From contig NC_045698.1 of assembly GCF_009834535.1 (NCBI RefSeq), positions 11,534,001 to 11,598,000 of the forward strand: a stretch of DNA of 64,000 nt, given 5' to 3'. A program made the position numbers and the translations under genes. Origin of the DNA: Camelus ferus (Eukaryota). Shown one piece after another: positions 38,395 through 52,391 of this stretch. The notes under the pieces were generated by a model, which saw only the letters and a list, made by a program, of their open reading frames with translations, was not told where the DNA came from and did no database searches. Each line of letters begins with the position of its first letter. Positions within the stretch are counted from its first letter, which is position 1.

Positions 38395-39082
38395 GTTTAT
38401 TTTTTTAATTGAAGTATAGTCAGTTTATAATGTTGTGTTAATTTTTGGTGTACAACATAATAGTTCAGTCATACATATATGTACATATATTCATTTTCAT
38501 GTTCTTTTTCATTATAGGTTACTACAAGATATTGAATATAGTTCCCTATGCTATACAGTAGAAACTTGTTGTTTATCTATTTTATATATAGTAGTTAGTA
38601 TCTGCAGATCTTGAATTCCCAATTTATCCCTTCCCACCTCCTTCCCCCCTGGAAATAAAGCCACAGATTTTTGGTCCATTAATCTTTGGTCAATTATTCT
38701 GCTCCTTTGACCCACATATCTGTTTTTGTACCAATACCATGCTGTTTTGATTAATGTAACTCTGTAGGATTGCCTGAAATCTGGTGAAGTTAGTCTTTCA
38801 GCTTCATTCTTTTTCTTCAGTATTGCTTTGGCAATTCTGGGTCTTTTGTGCTTCCATATGGTAGGATGGTTTGGATTGGTAGGATTATTTGGTAGGATTA
38901 TTTGTTCTTTGTTCTAGTTCTGTGAAAAATGTCCTGTTCTGTAATTTGATAGGGGTAGCATTCAATCTGTAGGTTGCTTTGGGTAGTATGGCCATTTTAA
39001 CAATATTAATTCTTCCAGTCCAAGAGCAGGGGATGTCTTTCCATTTCTTTAATCATCTTTAATTTCCTTAGTCAGTGTTTTG
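38395..39082 (-). mobile_element. rearranged cetartiodactyl L1 (3' UTR, short inversion, ORF2 fragment)
   Basis: Antisense 3' UTR at 38395-38650; sense-oriented segment at 38652-38688; antisense ORF2 at 38690-39082 (gctttgggtagtatggccattttaacaatattaattcttcc). Confidence 0.85.
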
Positions 39083-39303
39083 TCTTGTGTTCAGAAACCC
39101 ATCTCCTTGGTTCCATTTACAGTTATTCTCACTCTCTTGGAGTTTTAGTCCCTCCTCTGCTTCCTTCCTCTCTTCTCAGCTGACAAATGTGCTCAAGGCT
39201 TGCGCTTGACCATGGTTTCAAAAAGAATCATTTAGTCCCACTTCCTTCTAGATTATTCCTCTCAGTAGTTTCCATTCTTAACCAAGCTTCTCGAAGGAGT
39301 ATT

Positions 39304-39770
39304 TGATAGGCAGACAGCTAAGATGGCTCCCCAGGTGCCCACCACCTGGTGCACACACCCTGTATAATCGTGAGGGTTTGTGAGCATGATGGCCCTCACT
39401 CCTGTGGCTAGGTCACTGTATGTGGCATAGTGGAATTTATGAACGGGAGATTACCCAGGCTGGACCTGACCTAATCACATGAGCCCTTTAAATCTGGGTC
39501 CAGAGGCCAGAGACAAAGGAGTCAGAGATTTGAAGCAGGAGAATCATTTGATAAACTATTGTTGGCTTAAAAATGGAAGGGGCCACATGACAAGGAATGT
39601 GGCAGTACCTCGGAGCTCAAGGTGGTCTCCAGTCAAGAGCCAGCCAGGAAACAGAGACCTCAGTTCTGCAGCCACAGGAACTGAGCTCTGCCACCAGTAG
39701 GAATAAGATTGGAAGTGGCTTCCAGACAAGAACCCAGCCTGGCCAACACCTTGATTTTTGCCTCAGTGAA
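39304..39770 (+). mobile_element. MaLR MLT1D/E-like LTR
   Basis: ggcagacagctaagatggctcccc...gggagattacccaggctggacctgacctaatcacatgagccctttaaa...ggaaacagagacctcagttctgcagccacaggaactgag. Confidence 0.75.
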
Positions 39771-41479
39771 CACAGAAGCTTTCTTTATATGGCAGAAGTT
39801 ATTGCTACAGATGCCCAAAGAATCAGTCATTTAAAATGTTATGACTTGTGAGTGAAGCAAATTCAACTAATTTTTGTATGATATTTCTTGCGATATATGT
39901 GATTCCTACCGTAGGATTCCTACATTATTTTAACATATAAACACAAACACTTATATGCCTACATACAGATCTGTCAACATACGGTCCCAGGATAGAGCTT
40001 AGTCCAGAAAGTGGGATCTTCTCTTAAGGAGTTTACCGTCTAGGTGGAAATAATATCACATGTACTCAAGTAACTATCATGTGAGAAAAAAGTGATGTGT
40101 CACTAAACCTGGAAATAAATTTCTATAATTTCAGAAATGGATGTAGACATAAATATCAGAGAAAGGAGTAATTATTTCTTGCTGGCATAACCACGGGAGG
40201 TTTTATCAACAAGGCGGTGCATGGTCCGTTGTGTGAAGGACACACTGAGCTAAGTAGTATTTTTCCATCCCCTGAGCAGAAAACCATGATATCACTCTGT
40301 TTCTAAAAAATGGTTTTCCCTCACAGAAGTACTCTGGATTCAGTTCAGTCCAAAAATTTGGAAATTAGTTACTATTCTCAAAGGAATAAAACTCTGGACT
40401 TTTAACCTTATTAAATTTCTGACATTAGCAAATCCCAGCAGAGTAAAGAGGGCTTGTTTTCTCGCTGCAGGACCTGAGCCTCTTGGAATGAGGTCATGTG
40501 GGTAGAACAGCCCCAGGCAGAACACAGAGCTCACTCTCGGGGGTCAGCTGACAAGTTTCACAGAGAAGACCATATTTTTCCCAAACCTTTCACCAATCTC
40601 CATCAGGAAATATACTTTCTGGAGATTTTGTTCCCAATCACTCATCCTTGGGAGGGAAACAAAATGTGCCGTTACTACCTCACCCACAGAGAATTTCGTG
40701 GCCCATCAGCTGTCACTGGAGACTTCAGAGAACACGGTGCTTGGGCACCAGGGCATAGAAGACAGAGTAAGTCATTCAGAGGAGGAGAAGAGTGGGCTCA
40801 GGAATAGGTCAGATCCCCACGAGGCGGGTGAAGGCAGATTGTATGGAGTAGAGACAGTGGGAAGCTTCTCTAGGAGAGAAGAAATTGTAGAGATGAGGAG
40901 AACACAGGAAGCCAGCATCTCCCATCCAAATGTGACTTTCAACAGGTGAGTAACAGAAGCTTAGAAAGGTATTGAACTTCCTCCAAGGTCACACACATGA
41001 CAGATTTGAGGATGTGAGCCCCAGTTAGGTCCTTTCTCTCTCTTGCTTCCCTCTGACTGTCAAAGCAATATTCCCTTCTGAGACTGTAGATTTCTGAATC
41101 ATGGTAAGTATTCAGTCTTACTTACTTCATTTTTCCTGACGACCCATGGCGTGTTGGAGGTGTTAATAGATGTTTGTGGTGCAGAAATAATTTGTTCTTA
41201 ATCATGAACATCCCATTCTCATTCACGCAGTGCTACAGAACCTACCCTGCCTATCCTTACACACACACATACATACATCATGTGCGTGCACACGGGCACG
41301 CACACATGCCCATGCACACACACACACACTACTTATCATGGAGTCCAGAAGAAATATTTGGCTTTTAATTCCTTACGTACAAAAAACGATCTCAGTCCGA
41401 TCTGTTCTGCGCCTTTGAGTCCTCCCATAGACCGTGCCTACGTGAAAACAGCAGAATTTGCGTCAGCTGACCCGTATTA

Positions 41480-41880
41480 CCCATGTGCTGGAATACTTCA
41501 AGAAACTCAAAGCTACAGATGGCAGGGCTCTGGTCTAGAGATTCATTTTTGATTGGTCTGGCATGGGGTTCAGGCATTAAGAAACTTAAAGAGTCCCTCC
41601 TCCGAGCTGATCTTAATGTACAGTCAGGATTGAGAACCACTGATGTAAATTTTATTACTTTTCCATGAAGAACCTCCCCGCCCCACCCCCACCGCCCCCG
41701 CCATGGACTAATGAAATCAGAATCTCTAGGGATGGGGCCCAGGCAGCAGTATTTTTTAAGCTCTCCCACGTGATCCCAATGTGCAGTCAGGCGTGAGAAT
41801 TTCTGCATCAAAACGGTGGTTCTAGGCCAGGAACACATACAAGAAACATCCTAGGAGATTTTTAAGAACACACATCCAAG
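41480..41880. mobile_element. cluster of 2-3 MER5-like hAT MITEs
   Basis: Repeated MER5 motifs: gattggtctggcatggggttcaggcat...caggattgagaaccactg; aatcagaatctctagggatggggcccaggc...gtgatcccaatgtgcagtcagg. Confidence 0.65.
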
Positions 41881-43377
41881 TAGCACACTCAGCCTCACTC
41901 AGGTTCCTTGGTTTGCAAAGCTTCCACTTCCGTCACTGCTGGTGGCGGAGGCCCACATTAATGGGAGCAGACCACGGGTGACTTGCTTCCTTGAGGTCCT
42001 CTCACCCAATTAAAGTCGGAGCGTCCCATCTCACGGAGTTGTTACCACCACAGATGAAGGAAACAGGTGCCCAGAGAGGCGCTGAAAAGGAGCCCGTGGA
42101 GTGCTGACAAGCCGACCTGGGCAAGAGGGTGACCTGTAGACGGGCTCCCGCGCTTGCTGGTGGGGTTATGCTTAGTGCTGGGGACTGGGAGGAGACGTCC
42201 GCGCCTAAAATGGAACCAAGTTCATATCTGCACAAAATCAACCCTCAAAAAGTACTCATTGAATTAATGAATCTAGAGAAAGTTCCCGACGGGCCTGAAT
42301 CTCTGCTTCTGGGGTGTATTCATCTAGCAATAGGAGTCCTTATGGAATTTGTTCAGAAGAGTTTATTGGTAATAAACAGGTCCAATCAACAGCTTCTGGC
42401 TACAATGGATAGCAGTCCTGACATCGAACACTCTGCTGCTAGTGATAAATTAAGAAAATGTCAGCTCTGGGTTTCTACTCTATCCTGTCCCTGTCAACTC
42501 ATTCACTTCACAAGTGGCCGAGAAAAGCATTAAGGCTGCAATGTACATCTGCTTGGAGGATGCATCATTGTTGCTTCCAGCTAGCGTGACCTTGCTGTGA
42601 GCTGGTAAAGGGGACCTGCAATCTGTCTAATGTGTAACTAGTCCCATGTAATCTCGGCAAACTGTCAAAGGGAGTTTTGAGACTTTCCCAGCGTTACTTT
42701 GGTGATGAAAGAATACTCTTTCGCTCTGTGGGTAATAACATTTTATGGAATTAGTTGCCTCTCGCTTCAGGGCAATGTATTCCAACCTTTCACCTCCACT
42801 CCCTACTATAATGTTGGCTCCTTGGATAAAAAATACAAGGAACTTCTGTTAAATGAGCTAACTGCTGGAAATATTATGGCTGCAGGCTGAAAGAAATGAG
42901 GTGTGTTCCACAGACCACATAAAACAATGAAAGCAATTTAAAGACAAAATGTAGAGAAACAAGGAGCAATTTTGCAATAGCTAAAGCATATGAGTGGCCT
43001 GCTGCTTTGGGCAACGAACGCTCTGCAGACCTTGGCGCCCGCCCAGTCTGGCCTCCCTCTCTGGATGAGGTCTGGACAACTAGAACATTCCATTTTCAAA
43101 ATCAGCCTTTCTGATCAACCTGTAGAAGGTCAAGGCAGCCATTAGGAACCAGAACTCTCCAAGGCTGCCCATTTCCTGCTGATTCAGAAGAGGGGCAAAA
43201 GCAAGGACAATTTGCAGTTGATTAAGTGGTCTGTGAACTAAGGATAGTGTTCCTTCTGGTTCCATTCCCCATTGCCCGGTTAATGAAGCACTTTGTTGAG
43301 CAAGAGCGCCATCTATGGGAGAAATAGGTTATACTGAGTCTACCCTTAACATCTCCAAGATTATAATTTATACCAGA

Positions 43378-43575
43378 CTGGTGATTTTTAAAAGGGGACA
43401 ATTTTGACCCCCAGGGGACATTTCTGGCAACGTCTGGAGACATTTTCTGTTGTCATAACTGGGTTGGGTTTGTAACTGGCATCTAGTGGTTAGAGGGCAG
43501 GGAGACTGCTAAGCATTTCACAATGCACAGGCTATCCGGCCCCCCACAACAGAAATTTTCCCACCCTAATGGCAA
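43378..43575. mobile_element. MER20 hAT-Charlie MITE
   Basis: aattttgacccccaggggacatttctggcaacgtctggagacatttt...ctggcatctagtggttagagg...acaatgcacagg. Confidence 0.8.
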
Positions 43576-46059
43576 GGAGGGGAGATGCTGTTTGAGAACA
43601 AGAGAATCTGTGACATTTGTGCTTACAGTTGGGTCCCCCAGGCAAAAGATTAATTTTTGATTTAAATCTTTTCATATTCCCACCACTTCTCATTTCACCC
43701 TATGGTGTTAATAATTTAATATATTAATCTGCATCTGGGCTAACTGAGAAAGAGAACTGGAGGCTGAGGACAGCACTTAAGGCAGAGAAATAAATTTTTA
43801 ACTGTAGCATTTTAGGGATTGGTCCCTAAATGGGACTAATACTTTGGGTTCAACCCACCTTCGTGGCTGGTTAAGTAAATAAAACTGTAATCCATGGTGC
43901 TAAAACCATCACAGCTGACATTATAGTTGTAAAAGTTCTCATGGCTTGTACACAATACTGAGAAAAATTTCGACTTTCTTGAATTCTCCACTCAATGCAC
44001 GCTGGTTCAGCAGGTCACTGTTCAGTTTACTAAGTGGGATTTGGGAGAACTGAAGACTGAAAGTCAGCTTCTGAGAGATCTTCCTTCTGTCCCAGAGAAG
44101 CACATGTACCCCTAGGGTTCATGACAGAGCAGATTTCTATAAAAAATATAGCCTTGGGCCAGATTTTTCTGCCCTTTGAAGACTCACCATTGTGGACTAT
44201 GAATAAAACTTTGAAGCCTCATGCTCCAGGATTGTCACAACCTCAGGTACTTTGAGAGGCCAACGCCTGCCCCATGGAGAGGAAACTTTGCCCCAGCTGC
44301 AGAGCCTCCTGCCATCCTCCCCCAGGGAACCCTACTCTAGCCTCACCACCTCGAAGAAAAGCAAGGGATCAACCCATTTGCCTGAAAAGATGAGTACCTC
44401 TTTTTACCTGTATGGACTTGTCTCTCTCCTCCCCTCTTTAATGACTAAACGTTAAATTCATCTCATCAACCAATGAACATCTACAACGTACAGCCCAAAG
44501 CCATGGAAATGCAGAGACAAGTAAGAGGGTCCCACTCAATGAGATGTCCAAGCAAGGGTGCTATTCTTACATTCCCTGACTCCAGTACCTTCTTCCATTG
44601 TGGCATGGCATCCAGTCTTGGATGTTGCCTTTTAAAGAAAACCGGCATTCTTGAAAGTTACCTGCCCATCCATTCTGTCATTAGCGACAGCAGACTAAAT
44701 AGTAAACCCTGAAAGTCACTAAGATCTTGCCAGGTTTTCTATACCATATCTAGATTTCTACACTGTGCATGAGTCAAAGTATTCAGCGAGAAGTATTAAA
44801 GCATCCTAAAAATTTATATTAAATGAGTAATGATTTAATAACTTTCTTCTTCAAGTGCCATCAGCAAGAAATTGTACAGTTTAATGGGAAGCCTTGATTT
44901 ATTGGTACTGAAGATTGCCTCAGCACAGCCAGTTTGCCTCATAATTTGTAGGAAAGAAACAAGATTAAAAAGAAATTTGAAGGGAAAAAATGAGTTGGGA
45001 AAAATTGGCAACAGGGCTTTTGCAATATGAATTATAATTGAAAAAAGGACATCCTTGTTGAATCTAGGGCATTTTTAGGCACAGATAAAACTAGTGTCCC
45101 CCAAACTATCTGATGTTGGATCATTGCTTTTAGTCAAATGGATCTGACGGGTAGTGAATTTTAAAATGATATTCTCAGTAATTGTAAGAATATAGGGTAA
45201 GGAAAATACTAATGCAACACGTAAAGTCACCATAAACTCTGCAAGGTATTGAGTTGTTCTCTTCCCGATTATGACTTGATGAGATGCTTGGAGGTCTGTG
45301 GGACAATGGGAGGAAATGAATGTAAATGGTGTGTAAATAAAGTAAAATATTGGAACTTTTTATCATTTTAGTTCCAAGGGCAAAAATGTTCCAGAAGAGT
45401 GGAACACTCATTCTATGACCTAAATATAGTGAACAAAGGTGAAGGAGATGGCTGGCGGGGACTCTGTCTACTCAAAAGCTCAGTTTGCATGTAGTTCAGT
45501 CTAGGATTATAGGGTTTGAAAAAGAGGACAAATCTGAGTTATAGACTCATAGTTGTGTGTAGCAATATTATTTGCTAGTCCAAATGCTGCCGAATTTTGA
45601 TTTGCTGGAAAAACAGTTCACTTCTTTTTGCTGTACAGAAAAAAAAATGTTTTTAACAAATATGAACACTATAGCTACAGAGGGCTTACATTACTAAGAA
45701 TATGTGGTTGTTTTTATTACCAATAAATTGAGGTTAATAGTTAGGCAGTTTGGGGCAAACGCTTAGATTTCTCACGTTCCATTTGAAAAGTGAAGTTATT
45801 AAATCATCACTCATTTGCTATGAATTTATAAAGCACTGCAGTTTTGGCGACGTACCTCATAAACTTCAAACATCAAAGGCCAGATTGTCTACTCAGGCTC
45901 TTTCAAGAGCAGCTTGGGGGATCAATGTTCTAAGGAACCATGGGCTTTACAACTATTTCCGCAGAACCTTGAGATCAGAAGAACCCAAAGATCATCTGAC
46001 CAGCCCTCAATGGTCAAGACAGCCAAGATGAGCCAGAACTTTCCAGTGCTGTCCATTTC

Positions 46060-46590
46060 CTGCTGGTCCCACCCCCATGCTGTTGCTTAATTATGTTTAC
46101 TCTAATGTACCGACTAAGAGTTTGTCTAATTGGAGATATGAAGACTTCCTAAAATTGCCCATTCTACTTGGGGGCAGATTTAACTATTATAAACACTGGG
46201 TTTTTTTTTTTTACACTGATCTCAAATGTTTACATTCAGTAATTATCATTGTCAACACTGATCCTAGACCAGCCCCAAGGCCAAATTAAAACATGTGTGT
46301 ATGTGTGTGTGTGACGATACTCTCTTCCTCAGAGACAACCCTTGTAATGTCTTGAGACAGTAGGTGACTGTCATTGTCCATGTCCCTATTCCTTCCCGTG
46401 AGACTTTTCTCAATGGGCTAAACGACTCCATTTCTTTATAGAGCTTGGGGCTAATTTGGATAATGGGTTGGTTCCTCTGTTCTCAACATAGTCCTCTTGG
46501 TCTATATGCATTTACGGTGACGTCTAGAATCACAGCAATCACTCAGTGGTCTTCTGCTTAGTAAGCAGAGATGTTACCTCCTCCTTCGCT
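46060..46590 (-). mobile_element. L3/CR1 LINE remnant
   Basis: ccattctacttggggg cagatttaactatt...; ttctcaatgggctaaacgactcc...; gcagagatgttacctcctcc resemble antisense CR1 ORF2/3' end. Confidence 0.45.
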
Positions 46591-46594
46591 CGTA

Positions 46595-46860
46595 TTTTTA
46601 ATTCAACAAAATCCTATTCAGCAGCCGTTTTGTGCTGGACATTGTTGTGTACTGGAGGTTCAACAATGAACCACAAGACAGAGCCGCCGAATACACACTG
46701 ATAGACATAAATTACTACTCATGATAAGTGAAATGAAGACAAAGAATTTAGGTGCTTTGGATAAGAATAACAAGGAAGGCTCTGATTTAGATTTTGAGGT
46801 CAAGGAAGTGTTCTCAAAGAAAGGGCCATTGAATTCTGAGATCAGAAAAATGAATGAGAT
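46595..46860 (+). mobile_element. L2 fragment
   Basis: attcaacaaaatcctattcagcagccgttttgtgctggacattg...ggtcaaggaagtgttctcaaagaa. Confidence 0.55.
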
Positions 46861-47699
46861 CGTTGCTGTTACTCTATCAGTTAACAGATTCTACGAACAA
46901 ATTAATTTTGAAAGGGCCTATATCAACATGTGGACTCATTTTGACCATATATTTGCATAGTACACATTTACTCATTGTTCAAAAAATATTTATTGAGCAC
47001 CTATTATGTTAAAATGGATAAATATAAACACATGCAGATACATATTTTAAAGATACGTGCTAAGCTGGTATGAGACTACCTCTGCCTGGGTGGGTATATA
47101 CGCTAGTGTGATACCTGCTTTCCATTTAAAAAAAAATTCTTCAGATGAGCAGGGAAGTGGAAGATGAATTATTCCCTTAATAAGCCTTTCCAGGAATCCT
47201 GCCCAGGATGGAAGTCAATCTTTCCAGCTGCTAGTTCTCAAAATCTACTTTATTCCTCTTATTGCAAATTGTATTAACATGTTCTCTCTTTTTAATCTTC
47301 TCACACTCATTCCTTTATTGGCTTATTTTACTTTTCATCCTGAACCTCTAGAGCACAAGAAAACTTTTCTAAAAATTAGGATATTTCCACTTTCACACAA
47401 AGGAATTGCAAAATGGGCCCCTTCTGGTAGACCAGATGGAAAGAGGAACCCCTTCCTCTGGGCTGTCATAGTCCCATTGCAGGACTGACAGCCTACCCAC
47501 TAGCAGAGGGTTGGTTATATTTCAACCCTTGCTTGGCACCCTCCTTCTGCTAACCTGGTGCTCTTCTCCCATCCCAAAGAGCACCATTCCTTCTCTTCAC
47601 AATACCTCAAAGATTGCAAAGATCACAGAGAACGATTCACCATTTTCATTTGTAAAGTCTGTATAGCAGCCTGGAATACTGGCTTTGTCTTAAGTTTAA

Positions 47700-47890
47700 T
47701 TTTTGCCCCTCAGAATAGGTCATCTGATCTTTTCAAAACTGACTTTTTACTGTATATAGAATGAGGATATTAATGAATATCTACTCCCAAAAAATTTCTG
47801 TAAAGATTACATGAGATAATTCACATAAAGCACTTAGCACAATGCCTGGAACTTTGTACGAATCCAATAAATCAGAGCTATTACTACTTC
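47700..47890 (+). mobile_element. MIR SINE
   Basis: gtaaagattacatgagataattcacataaagcacttagcacaatgcctgg. Confidence 0.65.
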
Positions 47891-48159
47891 TGGTCCCTGG
47901 AAGGCAACGGCCTGAGCCAAGAAAGCAGAGCAGCCAAGTTTCATTTTCATTTATTCATACGTCTTATATTTCAATCCCCACCTACCAATGAGGGTTCTCC
48001 ATGTTTAAAATACAAATACACCAGAAAGAAAATGGCCATTGAGAGTTGTGACTTATATCATGTTACCCAGAAACATAACACAATTATACCAGGACTGCTC
48101 AAAATATAAACCCATTCCTTCCACGATTCTTCTCTTGTAAAGAGAACTTAGAAAGCTAC

Positions 48160-48477
48160 TGTTTCTTAGTCCATTTGGGCTGTGATAACAAAAATATCAT
48201 AGGCTGGGTGGCTTGTAAACAACAGAAATTTATTTCTCACAGCTCTGGAGGCTGGGGAGTTCAAGGTCGAGACAACAGCAGATCTGGTGTTTGGTGAGGA
48301 CCTACTTCCTGTCGTAGAAGCCGTATTCTCTCTATGTCCTCATGTGGCAGAAGGGGCAATGGAGCTTTCTGGAGCCCCTTTTATAAGGGCATAACCCCAT
48401 TCAGGAAGGCTCTACCTTCATGACCTAATCACCTCCCAAAGGCCCCACCTCCAAATACTGTCATTCAGTCTATGGCA
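48160..48477 (-). mobile_element. MaLR MLT1A/MST-like solo LTR
   Basis: tgtttcttagtccatttgggctgtgataacaaaatatcataggctgggtggcttgtaaacaacagaaatttatttctcacagctctggaggctg...cattcagtctatggca. Confidence 0.85.
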
Positions 48478-49331
48478 AGGGTTTTAGTCTCAATAGCACA
48501 CTTTCCAATTCTTGGAAATACAACCTTGCTTCCTCTTCATTTCCTTGTTTGGGGGCTACATACTGAGAATTTGAGTTTTAGGAGATGCCCGATCCTCTCG
48601 AGCCCTTTCCCATCCAATTGTCATAATATGCATTTATCCATTTCCTTAAATCCCACACTGGGCAACCCTTTTCTTCCCAAACTTTCAAAATATTTCCAAA
48701 GCAATACAGGCATGTGCTTTAGTGATTCATCTTACTTCCTCCTCTGCAATTAAATCCTCCTTGTTCATCAGAGTTGAGACCATAGGAGTAATTCTCCTAT
48801 TTGCTTCTTCTCTCTTTGGAAAAATAAACTTGTAAGAAAAGTTGGTCAAGAATGTATCAGAAATTCTACTTTCAGCCCAATGATACTCCAGCAGATGGTC
48901 ACAGGACTGAGTCCCCACAGACTCCTCCTCTGGCCCCAGTTTAGCGATCTGTGTCTATGAAGCATCTTCTGTTCCATCTAGTTGAGCTACCTGTGTTTTG
49001 TGCAAAGAGCAATTATATTACTGTCTCCCTTTACCTGCCCTACATCGTGCATTTTCTGACATGCTTCCATTTTTGGTTTTATAGTTTTCCAAGCAGATAT
49101 ATATATACACACTTATATACACACATATATACATATAGACACATATATATATCCTTAATTGTCTTAGATGTGATTGTTTTAGTAGAATTTGAACTAGGTT
49201 AGATGTAAAGAAGAACCTAATTGGCTTTTGTAAAAAACCACAGAAGTGCAAGTATGCATAAAATCATGAGTTCAGATGCCGTTAGAACACTCTGGGTTTC
49301 ACCTCGTCCTCTTTGAGCCGTGCAGGGATTC

Positions 49332-49722
49332 TGTAGTGAATTTGTGACATGCTGCTTCCAGGACTAAAACACTTATCCCCACTATTGCCCTTAATTGTCA
49401 GCCATCTTCAAGAATTGCCTTGACTAAGGAGTTATGCAGCCCAAGTTCATGCCCACTTTCCAGGGCAGCCCACATCCAGTGACCAGTCTTTTCAGTAGTA
49501 TAAAGGCTTGGTCTCTTACCCTGCCTGAGGATAACTCTGACGACCCATCCTCCTTCAGTGCCCCCTGTGTGGCCAGCCAAGTCCTTCACTGAGAGTGCAT
49601 CTCAGCCCCACATTTTCCACTGCTTCCTTTCTCTTCTTTCCCCACAACTATTGATCCCAAGAGCACTCCCTAAAAAAAAACTAAAGCAACTAATCTCTAT
49701 CTCAGGATCTAAACTTCAACAG
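49332..49722 (+). mobile_element. ERVL LTR16-like solo LTR
   Basis: cagcccaagttcatgcccactttccagggcagcccacatccagtgacc...tataaaggcttgg...ttgatcccaagagcactccctaa. Confidence 0.7.
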
Positions 49723-51175
49723 CTTCCCATCTTTCGATCTTTGACATCTTTGAGGAAAGGGACTTCTATTTGCCAACTTCAACAAATCCCAAAAAAGACT
49801 CTCATTGACCTTTAATAGCGTCTAACTGAGTGGCCTGGACTGCCCTCTGTGCCCAGTGTCAGCATATTGGACAGCACAGCTCTGGACCAATTATTGCTGC
49901 CTGGCACCTGAGATGTGATGGACTCACCCTGAGGGAGGTGTCCACCCTTCCACCAATGTCTTTGGGCAGTGAGACAAGATTATGTGCCTCCCATTTGAGT
50001 CTCAAGAGTTGGAGTAGGGAGAAATGATCCCCTAAAATAAGTGAGGTGTATAGCACAGAAATTGTACTGAGAAGACCCACGGGAGCCTGATACGCTTCTG
50101 CCTCCTTTTGTGTATCTTTGTCTGGTGAAGAGATAGTCCCTTCCATGACCATATTCCAATCTCGAGTCCTATCCTGTGCAGAGCGTAGGTGATCTTGTCC
50201 CTGTCTTCTCTAGTTCATGTCATTAGTTACTAACAACCATATATTGACACTGAAGCATGTGAGTACATGTTTAATTTGTTATTTTTCAGAAGGTATGGAA
50301 ATTTCACCTTTATGATATTTGCCATAGTAAACCAATGTAGTTTTTTGTTTTTTTTTTTTTTTTTTTGGAGATGTTCTCCAAAAGTTTGCCTCACCCCAGA
50401 CTTACTACACAGACTAGGCCCATGAGCATTTATTTGTAAATATGTGCCTATTGGTTTTGAAGTGTAGCCTGAATTAGGAAAGACTCTCCGACTACTGCTG
50501 GTGCCACATGGGTAATTATTATTGTAAATTCTGACCTGCCCCTCAGTGTTTAACTGAATTATATCTCAAAACCTTTCCAAATAAATGCACCCAGGACCTA
50601 GCCACAGTCTCTTGACTTTCACCTGGGAGATGACTAGGAAAATGGGCTTTAGAGTGTCCCGGACATTGAGAGGGCACTGTCCACACAGGGAAGTGGCTGG
50701 AGGCTAAAGGAAGTTTCAGGACTGAGCCAAACATCATGTTCTCTCTCTGAACGTTCAGACCTTGATGTGCTGGCTGCTCCTTCTTAAATTCAAAAGGATC
50801 CCCAAAGCCCAAAGAGTTCGAGAGAGGCCCTAAACCTAAATCCAAGGGAAATAAAATTTCAATCTTTATGCATCATTTCACCCAACAGATGTATTCTTTC
50901 TGCCAAATCATCCTTAGTCTTTCTATCCTTTTGTCAAAGTCTGCTCTTCTAAATCCCACTCACTGTACGTTGTTAATAGCTGTTAAATTATTTAAAAGTT
51001 AAATTTATTTTAACAAATTCTCAAAGGGATCATGAGGAGAATGTACATCTTATCTTGGAAATTTGGGGATTTGCTTCTGAAATTACATTGAATGAAAGTA
51101 GCCCTGAGGAAAGTAACAGAAAGAAAAAGATGCCCAAACTTTAAAGCCCCCAATCTGCTTCTGATAAGTCAATTT

Positions 51176-51176
<1 letters not shown>

Positions 51177-51219
<43 letters not shown>
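51177..51219 (+). repeat. (AAT)n microsatellite at a MIR tail
   Basis: Directly visible; followed by an antisense MIR (51220-51440). Confidence 0.95.
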
Positions 51220-52391
51220 GTTGAACAGCTCACATTTATAGAGTTCTTACTATGTGTTGAGGATCATACAAGGTATTTCCCATGTATTACTGCACTTTTC
51301 CCTTAAAACAGTCCTGTGAGGTTGGTAGATCCTTTACGTAGCTCCGTTTTGCATCTGAGAAACTGAATAAGCTGTCCACGCATTCCTGAACTCCCAGTTA
51401 GTTAATGGCAGGGACAGGACTTGTATTGACTCCAAGTAAGAGTCCTTAATCACTGAGTTGGGCTTCCCTTTGTCTGCCCAGGGCACATGACCATTTGCCA
51501 ACTTTTCTAGACGATTGCATACTTGAAGGGTTTTGATCTGTGTTTGGAAGACTTTCAGATCTATTGATTTAATAACTTGTTCATTAGAGTGGACAAGAGT
51601 TATTCTCCAGGCAATGCAAAGCAGGTAAGAAGAACACATTTCCTTGAATGGGTAGCTGTTCACAAAGTTTATGGTATGTGTTTATGTTATGCTCATTGGA
51701 CCATGACAATTAAAGTGAAATAAAAAACAATTTCTTGTCAGATTCTTTTTTCTTCTCTTTTTTGTTTATTGGTTTAATCTTTGAGTTACAACAGATACTT
51801 AGACCAGGAATTTTAACCTTTTAAGGTTATGGATCCTTTTGAGATGACTGAAAGATATGAAATAATTTTCTAGAAAAATCCTTATATCCACATGCTTGCA
51901 AAAGTTATCTAAACTTTGGAAGATTTAGAGAAACCCTGAAAAAACCTGTCTGTGGAGACTTAAGAATCTAAGAAACCCATTTTAAGTACTTCTAATTTAA
52001 TAAAATAAGCCCAAAGTCCTCTTTTGTGTCAAAGGAAACATCAGAAAAGAGAGACCCAGAAAGCATTCTCTTCTCTCTCCATCTCCTCAGCTTCTCAGGA
52101 TGGACCTCAGGGATCCCCAGCCCCATTGCCAGGGCCACCACCCTCAGGTGTGCAGGCTGGGCCCTGTGCAAGTGTGGCTGGCTAAGGAAATGAGGGGGGA
52201 CTGAATTACAGTTGTGTCTTGCTTGCTGACCATGTACCCTAGCACTGGACCACATCCACCAAGAGTGAGCATCTTTTTCTAATCTGCACGAGGATGTCTG
52301 TATATGGGCCAGCCAGTGTCCTACACGACCAATTACACCCTGGACCATGCAGCAACCAGAAATGCCCTGACTGTGGAGAAGTTTCCCCTGT

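Noticed and set aside
43811..43830. Perfect 8-bp inverted repeat tttaggga-ttgg-tccctaaa
   Set aside because: A stem this short is expected by chance in 64 kb.
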